DNA from: Mobula hypostoma
Taxonomy: Eukaryota
Direction of reading: 5' to 3'
DNA length: 64,000 bases
Assembly (NCBI RefSeq): GCF_963921235.1
Contig: NC_086097.1
Coordinates: 21,950,001-22,014,000 of the forward strand
Below, one piece after another: positions 49,111-61,029 of this stretch. Position 1 is the stretch's first letter. Each line of letters opens with the position of its first letter. The position numbers were made by a program, and so were the translations under genes. The notes beneath the pieces are model-generated. The model did no database searches and was not told where the DNA came from. It was given only the letters and a program-made list of their open reading frames with translations.

Positions 49111-50924
49111 GACATTCCTACCACATTCAAAAGATATTCAAGTTGGTAAGCTAATTGGTCACATGGGTGGAATTGGGCAGCATGGACATGTTAGGCCAGA
49201 AAGGCCTGTTACTGTTCTGTATCTCTAAATAAAATAAAATAAAATAACTCTTCTCATTACTACCAGTAGGGAGGACGTACAGGAGCCTGAGGACCCACTC
49301 TCTGCGATTCAGAAACAACTTTTTCCACTCTGCCATAAGGTTTTTGAACGGACCATGAACCCATGATCATTACCTCATTATTCCGTTTTTATTGCACTAT
49401 TTATTTTTATTTTTATAACCTCTAATAATTTTTATGTCTTTGCACTGTGCTGGTGCCACAAAACAACAAATTGCAAGTCAGGGATAATAAATCAGTTTCT
49501 GCATCTTTATCTAAAATCCACAAAAAATAGTAATCCAAACAAAGTAGCGGGAGAGTGGAATGGTGATGGGAGAAGAATACATCTAAAAGTTACCTAGATG
49601 AACACCTCGGTGAACCAGTCCGCACGGACTCCTTTCTCACCACTCCCCCTCTCTTCGTCCCATTGGCCATCTCGCCTCTCTCCTCTCAATCGTGATGTCA
49701 GGTTTTGACTCAAAATGTTATAGAGCCAGAGAAAAGTACAGTACAGAGACAGGCCCTTTGGCCCATCTCATCCATGCCAAACTATTTAAACTGCCTACTC
49801 CCATCAACCTGTGGGACAATGGCCCTCCATACCCTTCCCATCCACGCACCTATTCAAACTTCTCTTAAATGTTGAAATCGAGATCACATCCACCACTTGT
49901 ACTGCCAGCACGTTCCACATTCTCACAATCCTCCGAGTGAAGAAGTTCCCTCTCATGTTCCCCTTAAAGGTGCTGTATATAAATGTACATGGCATTCGGA
50001 ATAAGATGGACAAACTCGTGGCGCAATTGGAGATTGGTCGGTATGACGTTGTGGGCATCACTGAGTCGTGGCTGAAAGAAGGCCATAGTTGGGAGCTTAA
50101 CATCAAAGCATATACTTTGTATCGAAAGGACTAGCAGGAAGGCCTAGGCGATGGTGTGGCTCTACTGGTAAGGGATGGAATTACATTTTCAGAAAGAGGT
50201 GACATCGGGTCAGAGAATTTTGAATCTTTGTGGGTGGAGTTAAGAAATTGCAAGGGTAAAAAAAGCCATTATGGGAATCATATATGGGCCTCCAAATAGT
50301 AACCAAGGTGTGGGATTGAGATTGCAAAGGGAGCTGGAAAAGGCATGTGATAAGGGTAATGACATAAATGTAATGGGGGACTTTAACATGCAAAGGGATG
50401 GGAAAATCAGGTTGGTGTTGGACCGCAAGAGAGGGAATTTGTTGAATACCTATAAAGGTGGCTTTTTAGAGCAACTTCTGCTTGAGCCTTAGATTGGGTG
50501 TTATGTAATAACCCAGATCTTGTTATGGAGCTTAACATAAGGGAACCCTTAGGAGGCAGTGTTCATAATGTGATTGAATTCATACTGCAATTTGAGAGGG
50601 AGAAGCATAAGTCACATGTATCAGTATCGCAATGGAATAAAGGGAATTACAGAGGCATGAGAGAGGAGCTTGTGCAGGTGGATTGGAGGAGGATACTGGC
50701 AGGGATGGTGGCAGAAGAGAGATGGCTGAAGTTTTTGGGAATAGTTCACAAGGCGCAGGTTTGTCTCCCAGAGAAAGAAATTCTCAAATGTCAGGGGTAG
50801 GCAACTGTAGCTGACAAAGGAAGTTAAGGACTGCATAAAAGCCAAAGAAAGGGTATATAAAGTGGCAAAAGTGGGTGGGAAGTTGGATGATTGGGAAACT
50901 TTTAAAATCCAACAAAAGGCAACT

Positions 50925-52480
50925 CAAGTCAAGTCAAGTTTATTGTCATTTCGACCATAAGCTGCTGGTACAGTACACAGTGAAAATGAAACAATGTTCC
51001 TCCAGGACCCTGGTGCTACATGAAACAACACAAAACTATGCTAAACTATGTGAGACAGCACAAGGCTACACCAGACTATGTAAAACAACATAAAAACTGC
51101 ACTAGACTACAGACCTACACAGGACTACATAAAGTGCACAAAACAGTGCAGGGCAGTACAATAATTAATAAACAAGACAATAGGCACAGTAGAGGACAAA
51201 TTACAATATAATAGTAAATGATGTAGATATCAGTCTAGACTCTGAGTATTGAGGAGTCTGATGGCTTGGGGTAAGAAACTTGCAGAGTGGTCATGAGAGC
51301 CCGAATACTTCGGTACCTTTTGCCAGATGGCAGGAGGGAGAAGAGTTTGTGTGAGGGGTGCGTGGGGTCCTTCATAATGCTGTTGGCTTTATGGGTGCAG
51401 CGTGTGGTGTAAATGTCTGTAATAGCGGGAAGAGAGACCCCAATGATCTTTTCAGCTGACCTCACTATCTGCTGCAGGGTCTTGCGATCCGAGACGGTGC
51501 AATTTCCGAACCAGGCAGTGATGCAGCTGCTCAGGATGCTCTCGACACAACCTCTGTAGAATGTGGTGAGGATGGGGGGGGTGTGGGAGGTGGACTTTTC
51601 TCAGCCTTCACAGAAAGTAGAGACGCTGCTGGGCTTTCTTGACTATGGAGCTGGTGCTGAGGGACCAGGTGAGATTCTCTGCCAGGTGAACACCAAGAAA
51701 TTTGGTGCTCTTAACGATCTCAGCGGAGGAGCTACCAATGTTCAGCGGAGAGTGGTCGCTCCGTGCTCTCCTGAAGTCAACAACCATCTGTTTTGTTTTG
51801 TTCACATTCGGAGACAGGTTGTTGGCTCTGTACCAGTCAGTTAGCCACTGCACCTCCTCACTGAATGCTGACTCATCATTCTTGCTGATGAGACCCACCA
51901 CGGTCGTGTCATCGGTGAACTTGATGATGTGGTTCGAGCTGTGTGTTGCAGCACAGTCGTGGGTCAGCAGAGTGAACAGCAGTGGACTGAGGGGGGGCCT
52001 CCGTGCTCAGTGTGATGGTGTTGGAGATGCTGCTTCCAATCCGGACTGACTGAGGTCTTCCAGTCAGGAAGTCTGGATCCAGTTGCAGAGGGAGGTGTTC
52101 AGGAGTTTCAGCTTTCTAATCAGGTGCTGAGGAATGATTGTGTTGAATGCTGAAATGAAGTCTATGAACTGTATTCGAACGTATGTACCTTTTTTGTCCA
52201 GGTGGCTGAAGGCCAAGTGGAGGGTTGTGGCGATGACATCGTCTGTTGAGCAGTTGGGACGATACGTGAACTGCAGGGGGTCCAGTGAGGGGGGCAGCAG
52301 GGTCTTGATGTGCCTCATGACAAGCCTCTCGAAACATTTCATGATGATGGATGTGAGAGATGGATGAGAGGTAGTCGTTGAGGCAGGACACTGAAGACTT
52401 CTTCGGCACGGGGACGATGGTGGCAGCATTGAAGCACGTTGGAACGACAGCGCTGCTCGGGGAGATGTTGAAGATGTCAG
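50925..52480 (-). mobile_element. Rex1/Babar LINE, 5'-truncated, (GACTT)n tail
   Basis: [63 protein letters not shown]. Confidence 0.9.
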
Positions 52481-53702
52481 TGAGAAAAATGCAAGAAGAA
52501 AGGAAAAGATGAAATATGAGGGCAGACAGGTGAATAATATAAAGCAGAATACCAAAAATTTTTTCAGTTATATAAAGAGTAAAAGGGAGGTGAGAGTTGA
52601 TATTGGACCACTGGAAAATGATGCTGGTGGGGTAATAATGGGGACAAAGAAATGGCAGATGAACTTAATGGGTACTTTGCATCTGATTTCACTGTGGAAG
52701 ACACCAGCAGTGTGCCAAAGGTTTGTGAGTGTCAAGGAGCATGAGTGAGTGACATTGCTATTACAAAGAAAAAAGTGCTAGGCAAACTCAAAGGTCTTAA
52801 AATGGATAAGTCACCAGGACCAGACGGAGTACATCCCAGAGTCCTGAGGGAGGTTGCTGAAGAGATAACGGATGCATTGGTTATGGTCCTTCAAGAATCA
52901 TTTGATTCTGGCATGGCCCCAGAGGACTGGACGATTGAAAATGTCACTCCACTGTTTAAGAAGAGAGGAAGGCAAAAGAAAGGAAATTATATGCCAGTTA
53001 GGCTAAGCTCAGTGGTTAGGAAAGTTTTGGAGTTTATTATTAAGGATGAGGTTTCGAGGTACTTAGAGACTAATGTTAAAATAAATCGAAGTCAAGTCAG
53101 CATGGTTTCTGTCAAGAGAAATCTCGCTTGACAAATCTGTTAGAATTCTTCGAGAAAGTAACAAGCAGAGTGGACAAAGGAAAGGCAGTGGATGTCATTT
53201 ACTTGGATTTTCAGAATGCGCTTGATAAGGTTCCACGCACGAGGCTGCTGAACAAGATAAAATTCTATGGCATTACAGGAAAGATACTGGCATGGATAGT
53301 AGAATGGCTAACAGGCGGGAGGCAGTGAGTGGGATTAAAAGGGGACTTTTCTGGTTGGCTGCCGGTGACTCGTGGTGTTCTTCAGGGGTCATATTGGGAC
53401 TGCTACTTTTCACATTGTTTGTCAATGATTTGGATAGTGGAATTGATGGGTTTGTGTCAAAGTTTGTGGATGATACGAAGACAGGTGGAGGGGTAGGTAG
53501 TGCTGAGGAAGCAATGTGATGCAGCAGGGCTTAGACAAATTGGAAGAATGAGCTAAAAGGTGGAAGATGGAATACAGTGTTGGGAAATGTATGATAATGC
53601 ATTTTGGTAAAAGGAACATTAGTGTGGACTATTATTTAAATGGGGAGGAGGTTTAAACATCAGAGGTGCAGAGGGACTTAGGAGTCCTCGAAAGACTCCC
53701 AG

Positions 53703-54660
53703 ATCACCAAGTTCGCTGATGACACGACCGTGGTGGGTCTCATCAGCAAGAACGATGAGTCAGCATACAGAGAGGAGGTGCAGCGGCTAACAGACTGGTG
53801 CAGAGCCAACAACCTGTCTCTGAATGTGAACAAAACAAAAGAGATTGTTGTTGACTTCAGGAGGACACGGAACGACCACTCTCTGCTGAACATCGATGAC
53901 TCCTCCGTAGAGATTGTTAAGAGCACCTAATTTCTTGGTGTTCACCTGGTGGAGAATCTCACCTGGTCCCTCAATACCAGCTCCATAGCAAAGAAAGCCC
54001 AGCAGCATCTCTACTTACTGCGAAGGCTGAGAAAAGTCCATTTCCCACCCCTCATCCTCATCACTTTCTACAGAGGTTATACTGAAAGCATCCTGAGCAG
54101 CTGCATCACTGCCTGGTTTGGAAATTTCACCATCTCAGATCGCAAGACCCTGCAGTGGATAATGAAGTCAGCTGAGAAGATCATCGGGGTCTCTCTTCCC
54201 ATCATTACAAACATTTACACCACATGCTGCATCCGCAAAGCAAACAGCATTATGAAGGACCCCACGCACCCCTCAGACAAACTCTTCTCCCTGCTGCCAT
54301 CTGGAAAAAGGTACCGAAGTATTCGGGCTCTCACGACCAGACTATGTAACAGTCTGTTCCCCCAAGTCATCAGACTCCTCAATACCCAGAGCCTGGACTG
54401 ACACCAACCTACTGCCCTCTACTGTGCCTATTGTCTTGTTTATCATTTATTGTAATACCTGCACTGTCTTGTGCATTTTATGCAGTCATGGATAGGTCTG
54501 TAGTCTAGAGTAGTTTTTGTGTTATTTTACGTAGTTCAGTGTAGTTTTTGTATTGTTTCATGTGGCACCATGGTCCTGAAAAATATTGTCTCGTTTTTGC
54601 TGTGTACTGTACCAGAAGTTATGGTTGAAATGACAATAAAAAGTGACTTGACTTGACTTG
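53703..54660 (+). mobile_element. Rex1/Babar LINE, 5'-truncated, (GACTT)n tail
   Basis: [24 protein letters not shown]...LLPSGKRYRSI; same subfamily as 50925-52480. Confidence 0.9.
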
Positions 54661-56590
54661 AGAAAGTCAATTTGCAGTTTGAGTCTGTGGTAAAGAAGGC
54701 AAGTGCAATGTCAGCATTTATTTCAAGGGGAATAGAATATTGTGAAAGGGAAAGACAAGATAGAGGCAGGAAAGTTGTTTCCACTGCTAAGTGAGACTAG
54801 AACTAGGGGACATAGCCTCAAGATTCAGGGGAGTAGATTTAGAGTTGAGAAGGAATTGCTTTTCCCAGAAGGTGATGAACCTGTGGAATTTTCTGCCCAA
54901 TGAAGCAGTGGAGGATACCTCAGTAAATATATTTGAGACAAGGTTGGATAAACTTTTGCATTGTAGGGAAATTAAGATTTATGGGAAAAAGGCAGATAGG
55001 TGGAGATGAGTCCATGGCCAGACCAGCCATGATCTTACTGAATGGCGGAGCAGGCTCGACGGGCCAGATGGCCGACTCCTGCTCCTATTTCATATGTTCT
55101 TATGAAGGGAAGGAGAGGATGTTGAGCCTTCACAAGGCACTAGTCAGGCTGTACTTGGAGGGTTGTCAACAGTTTTGGGCACTATATCTCAGAGAGGATG
55201 TGTTGTCATTGGAGAGAGTCCAGAGGAGGTTCATGAAGATAATTCTGGGGAAATCTCATTGAAACCTACTGAATGTTGAAAGGAAAAGATAGGATGGATG
55301 TGGAGAGGATGTTTCCTATGGTGGGGGCATCCAAAACTAGAGGACGCAGCCTCAAAACTGAGGGGTGACCCTTTCGAACAGAGGTAAGGAGGAATTTTTT
55401 TAGATAGAGTAGCCAGACTGCGGTGGAGGCCAAGTCCGTGGGCATATTTAAAGCGGAAATTGGTCGTTCCCTGATCGGTCAGGGCATCAAAAGATACGGA
55501 GAGAAGGCAGGTATATGGGAGTGAGTGGGATCCAGGATCAGCCATGATGGAATGGTGGAGCAGACTCGATGTGCTGAATGGCCTAATCTGCTCTTATGTC
55601 TTATGGTCTTAGACATTCCACCTTTCACCCTTAAACCATGACCTCTAGTTGTAGTCCCACCCAATTTCAGTGGAAAAAGCCTGCTTGCATTTACCTTATC
55701 TATACCCCTGTTAAGAATTATGTCAATAATTCTTTTCCTCCCGTAGATGCTGCGTGACCCATTGAGTTCTTCCAGCAGATTGTTCGTTGCTTCAGCTCTG
55801 ATGTAACCAATAGAACTTTAGGTCCAGAGTTACAAGATGGGATCAGTTAAATAGCCTTTTTCTGGCTGGTATTGGGATTGGTTTATTGGCTTATTACCCT
55901 CACCTGGACCAAGATATAATGAAGAGCTTGTCTTGTGCACTGCCTATAAAGATCAAATCATTACCAAGGAGGGCCATGGTAACATAGTGTTCGGCGCAGT
56001 GCTCTTATAGCTTGGAGTATTCTGAATTTTGGAGTTCAATTTTTGTCGCAGTCTGCAAGGAGCTTGGCTTCCTCCCACAGTCCAAACACATACCGGTTAG
56101 TTGGTTAGTGGTCATTGTAAACTGTCCTGTGATTAGCCTAGGGTTAAATCGGTGGGTGGCTGGAGGAGCATCTCGCTGGGTCGGAAGAGCCTATTCCATG
56201 CTGTATTTTTCAATAAGATAAATTACACCGTGTATTGAGCTAGAAGATTAGATTAGATTATGAGGACACGCAGTCCCCTTTTATTGTCATTTAGTAATGC
56301 ATGCATTAAGAAATGATACAATGTTCTTCCAGAATGATATCACGGAAACCGACTTAAAAACTAACAAAAACCATATAATTATAACATATAGTTACAACAG
56401 TGCAAAACAATACCGTAATTTGATAAGAACAGACCATGGCACGGTAAAAGTCTCAAAAGTCTCTAGAAAGTCCCACCATCTCACGCAGACGGTAAACTTC
56501 CAGCGCCGCCAACTTGCCAATGCAGCATCCTGGAAGCATCCGACCACAGTCCGACTCCGAGTCCGTCCGAAAACGCCGAGCCTCCGACCA

Positions 56591-56728
56591 CCAGGTTCTG
56601 ATGAAGGGTCTCGGCCCGAAACGTCGACTGTACCTCTTCCTAGAGATGCTGCCTGGCCTGCTGCGTTCACCAGCAACTTTGATGTGTGTTGCTTGAATTT
56701 CCAGCATCTGCAGAATTCTTCGTGTTTG
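56591..56728 (+). mobile_element. Young PLE terminal repeat
   Basis: Nearly identical to 33697-33794 and to the reverse complement of 33550-33669; CpGs retained. Confidence 0.85.
56594..56630 (+). ncRNA. Minimal type-I hammerhead ribozyme motif (perfect core, weak helix I)
   Basis: GGTT-CTGATGA-A-GGGT CTCG GCCC-GAAAC-GTC-GACTG; predicted cleavage after 56625. Confidence 0.75.
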
Positions 56729-57334
56729 TGAAACCTATTGAATATTGAAAGGCCTAGATAGAGTGGATGTAGGGAGGATGTTTCCTGTAGTGGGGGAGTC
56801 CACAACCAGCCGCAGAATACAAGAACGTCCCTTTAGAACAGAGATGAGGAGGAGGTTCTTTGGCTAGAGGGTTGTGAATCTGTGGAATCCATTGCCACAG
56901 ATGGCTGTGGAAGCCAAATCATTGGGTACATTTAAAGCGAAGGTTCATATGTTCTTGATTAGTGAGAGTGTTTAAGGTTACGGTAAGAAAGCAAGAGAAT
57001 GGGGTTGAGAGAGGTAATAAATCAGCCTTGATGGAAAGGTGAAGCAGACTCGATGGGCCGAATGGCCCAACTCTGTTCCTATGTTTTATGCCCTTATGGT
57101 CTATGTATATTTTTCCATACAATTTGCATTTCTTTTTATTCCTTTAAATGCCTGTAAAGAAACAAGTCTCAAGGTACTATTTGTTGATATATATGTGCTT
57201 CAATACTAAATTTATTTAGAACTTTTAAAGTGGAATACTTTGCAATTGATTTTCTGTGTCCAATTTTATCTGATGTTTCTCTGCAAACGTGCCATTTGTT
57301 TCAATGGTAGTCAAGTGTCCCAGTTGTTTTTCAG

Positions 57335-57528
57335 GATGTGGAGATTAGACTAAATGCAGCTAAGTATCTACCTCGCATCAATGAACTGCTGAACAAAGTC
57401 CCTCGCCAAATGCTGCTGCTCCTAAAGACTAACGACTTGCTTCGAGGGATTGAGACGTCGCTGCAGACACGAGCCAGCGCCAGTTCCTTCATCACCATGT
57501 CTCGCTGCTGCATCAGAGCTGTGTCTAG
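57335..57528 (+). CDS. ADCK1: Internal coding exon (194 nt, phase 0 to phase 2) of aarF domain-containing kinase 1, C-terminal region
   Basis: Acceptor gtttttcAG at 57334 and donor AG|GTTGGT at 57529. Translates DVEIRLNAAKYLPRINELLNKVPRQMLLLLKTNDLLRGIETSLQTRASASSFITMSRCCIRAVS, matching the vertebrate ADCK1 segment VPRQMLLILKTNDLLRGIE...TRASASSFLNMSRCCIRA as I recall it. Confidence 0.93.
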
Positions 57529-58734
57529 GTTGGTTAAAGCGCCTGAATGTCATCATTCATCAGCTCAAAGTGGAAGGGTTGGATAATTCCTGCATCCAAG
57601 AGTGCTTAGATCGCCTGGGCACTGAGCAAGAGGAGAGACCTATTGGTGCATGTGGTTAAAATTGGGAATGCTCCTCCTCGTAGATCGGTAGGAACAGATC
57701 CACTGAAAGGAGACTGCATAAGTACAATCAGAATCAGGTTTAACATCACCGGCGTATGTCATGAAATTTGTTGTCTTTGCGGCAGCAGTACAATGAACTA
57801 GGCAATGATAGAGGGAACAAAACCGTGAAATGGGGAATGAGCAGAGCCAATAGATTGTTCTCTTGAAAGGAGTTAGAACTTCGTCGATGGGTAAAATGGC
57901 CCCCTCAAATGGTACATTACTGTAAGTCTATAAAAAACAGGTTAAGTTGCCATGAAATTCGTCCCCAGCCTAGTTTTCTTTGTGTGTTTACTCTCCTTAC
58001 TGGCTACCTTATAATTCTCAAGAGCCTGCCTGATCTTAGTTTCCTGAACTTTCAGTATGTCTCTGTCTTCCCCTTAACCAAGTGTTCCACTTCTCTTGTC
58101 AACCACTGCTGTGAATCTATGAAAATTAGGTCACGTTACCATGAAGTTTCTCCCCGACCTAGTTTTCCCTACGTGTTTAGAGGTCAAATGCGGGCAAATG
58201 TGACTAGCTCACTGCACAGGACTGTTGACCTGGATCAGTTAGGTCGAAGGGCTGTGTGACTCTATGGCTCTATGATACAGGCCAGCAATACCTTTTTGTT
58301 GTTCGTTTGTAACCACATTGTGCATTGCTAGACCTCCCGCCCCCACACACCCCAAGAAATTCCCAAGTTCATTCTCCGGTCTCTGCTGATGTTGCTGTCA
58401 GACAGCTCCCACTGTTATTGAGGGTGTATTTGCTAATGGTGTCACATCTGATGGCTGCCTGGTAACTTCTCCTGAGTTATAAGGTGAGAACAGGTAATGG
58501 AACTGACCATTGTCACATTCATTACCATAACATCAATAAGTTATGGTAATCAGCCTCTTTGAGCCCTGTTGGCATTTACCTACCAAATGAGCAAATAGCT
58601 CGAGTCAACTCTTTTGTTCCCATGCACCTTCAGTCCTTTTTCCTCAGTATATCTGATGCAATCTTAAACGTTTCTGGCTCAGTCAGTAACCAGGGAAGTC
58701 AACTCCACAGCCCCTGTTAAGCAATTGTACGTGC

Positions 58735-58760
58735 ATGCGTGTGCGTCTGCATGCCGTGTA

Positions 58761-58809
<49 letters not shown>

Positions 58810-58952
58810 CTCTGCTTGTGTGTGTATGTGTGTTTGCAAGAGTGTGTGCATGTATGTATGTGTGAGTGTATGTGTGTGTTTGTGTGTGTGGGTGCATGTG
58901 TGTGGATGTGTCTGCATTTGTGTGTGTGTGTGTGTGTGCGCACGTGTGTATA
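58735..58952. repeat. Compound (TG)n microsatellite
   Basis: Directly visible; source of the CV- and HT-repeat ORFs. Confidence 0.97.
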
Positions 58953-59049
58953 TGTTCCTACTTTCACTTAGTTGATACTTCCCTTAGTTTGTTGCTGCCT
59001 GTTCTGTTCAATCCTTTGTTTACAAACAGTGAGTAAAAGTGACTCCCAA

Positions 59050-59150
59050 CAACACACACGAAATGTTCAATGAACTCAGCAGGTCAGGCAGCATCTATGG
59101 AGGAGAATAAATAGTTGACATTTCACGCTGAGGTCCTTCATCAGGACTGA
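59050..59150 (-). mobile_element. pLTR fragment with decayed hammerhead (59113-59149)
   Basis: Minus: CAGTC-CTGATGA-A-GGACCTCAGCGT-GAAATGTC-AACT. Confidence 0.7.
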
Positions 59151-59193
59151 ACCCTGTGTAACCTTGTTCCTCACTTGTAAATCAGACAGGTTA

Positions 59194-60190
59194 TAACCAT
59201 ATAACAATTACAGCACAGAAACAGGCCATCTCGGCCCTTCTAGTCCGTGCCGAACTCTTACTCTCTCCTAGTCCCACCGACCTGCACTCAGCCCATAACC
59301 CTCCATTCCTTTCCTGTCCATATAGCTGTCCAATTTAACTTTAAACGACAACATCAAACCTGCCTCAACCACTTCTGCTGGAAGCTCGTTCCACACAGCT
59401 ACCACTCTCTGAGTAAAGAAGTCCCCCCTCATGTTACACCTAAACTTTTGTCCTTTAACTCTCAACTTATGTCTTCTTGTTTGAATCTTCCCCACTCTCA
59501 ATGGAAAAAGCATATCCACGTCAACTCTATCAATCCCCCTCATAATTTTAAACACCTCTATCAAGTCCCCCCTCAACCTTCTACACTCCAAAGAATAAAG
59601 ACCTAACTTGTTCAGCCTTTCTCTGTAACTTAGGAGATGAAACCCAGCCAACATTTTACTAAACCTCCTCTGTACTCTCTCAATTTTATTGATATCTTTC
59701 CTATAATTCGGTGACCAGAACTGTACACAATACTCCAAATTTGGCCTTACCAATGCCTTATACAATTTCAACATTACATCCCAACTCCTATACTCAATGC
59801 TCTGATTAATAAAGGCCAGCATACCAAAAGCTTTCTTCACCACCCTATCCACATGAGATTCCACCTTCAGGGAACTACGCACCATTATTCCTAGATCCCT
59901 CTGTTCTACAGCATTCTTAAATGCCCTACCATTTACCATGTATGTCCTATTTTGATTAGTCCTACCAAAATGTAGCACCTCACATTTTTCAGCATTAAAC
60001 TCCACCTGCCATCTTTCAGCCCACTCTTCTAACTGTCCTAAATCTCTCTGCAAGCTTTGAAAACCCACTTCATTATCCACAACGCCACCTATCTTAGTAT
60101 CATCTGCATACTTACTAATCCAGTTTACCACCCCATCATCCAGATCATTAATATATATGACAAACAACATTGGACCCAGTACAGATCCCT
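59194..60190 (-). mobile_element. Young 5'-truncated CR1 with uninterrupted 300-aa ORF2 end
   Basis: ORF 59268-60170: YINDLD...KYADDTK...LVRPNLEYCVQFWSP...natural stop, then the 3' UTR and tail. Confidence 0.93.
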
Positions 60191-61029
60191 GATTAAGTGA
60201 TGCGTCTGGATCTGCTAGGTTTATTCCCCAGTTTAAAGTGGAAGGTGCCGTGACTCAGTTGTAATGCCCTGAATCAGAGTTGAGGGTTCAATCCAACTGC
60301 GGGGATGTGCCTGATCTGGGAAGCTATTTTGGCACTGCTGAATTGTTGGCAATGCTGTTTTCTGAATGTGCAGTGAGCACTCCTCTCCTGTCTCTATACA
60401 TTTCAGTTTTGGCTCTACAACTGTTAGAAACAGTTTGCTTCTGGTTGTATTTCCCGTCCATGCCCAGTCACATAAAGTCTATTGTGCAGATCACTCATAG
60501 AGTCATAGAGCACTACACTACATGCCTTTCGGCCCATTTAGTTCATGTTGAATTATTATTCTGCCTAGTCCCATTGACCTGCACCTGGGACATATCCCTC
60601 CATACCCCTCCCATCCATGTACTTATCCAAACTTCTCGGAAGTGCTGAAAATGAACCTGTATTGGCAGCTTGTTTCACACTCTGAGTGAAGAGGTTCCCC
60701 AGCAGGTTCCCGTTAAACATTTCACCTTTAACCCTTAACCCATAGACCAAAACGTTGACTGTTTCTTCCCCTCCTTAGAATATCCCTAATTTACTGAATT
60801 TCTTCATCATTTTGTGTATGTTCCCTCTTTCAGCATGTCTCCAAGGTTTCTATAGCCAATGAAATACTGTTTGAAACATTAAAATGTACTTTGGTAGGTA
60901 CATGGATAGGAAAGGTTTAGACAAATGTGAGCCAAACATAAGCAAATTGGTCTGGCTCAGATGTTAGTTGGCATGGACCAGGTATATTTCTGTGCTCTAT
61001 GACTATGTATTGTATGAAACAAATCAGCC

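Larger units (their letters stand above)
49968..55610 (+). mobile_element. CR1 ORF2 (endonuclease to 3' tail) interrupted by two Rex1/Babar insertions and a CR1 tail (about 54742-55103)
   Basis: YDVVGITESWL, VMGDFN, KSPGPDGVHPRVL, YLDFQNALDKVP and KFVDDTK are colinear across the insertions. Confidence 0.88.

Noticed and set aside
57338..57586. 82-aa ORF as a standalone gene
   Set aside because: It is the ADCK1 exon read through its donor into intron; the start is GTG inside the exon.
58679..58975. CV- and HT-repeat ORFs
   Set aside because: Translations of the (TG)n microsatellite.
60280..60648. 122-aa ORF as a possible last ADCK1 exon
   Set aside because: No recognisable similarity, and the 3' half is antisense CR1 tail.
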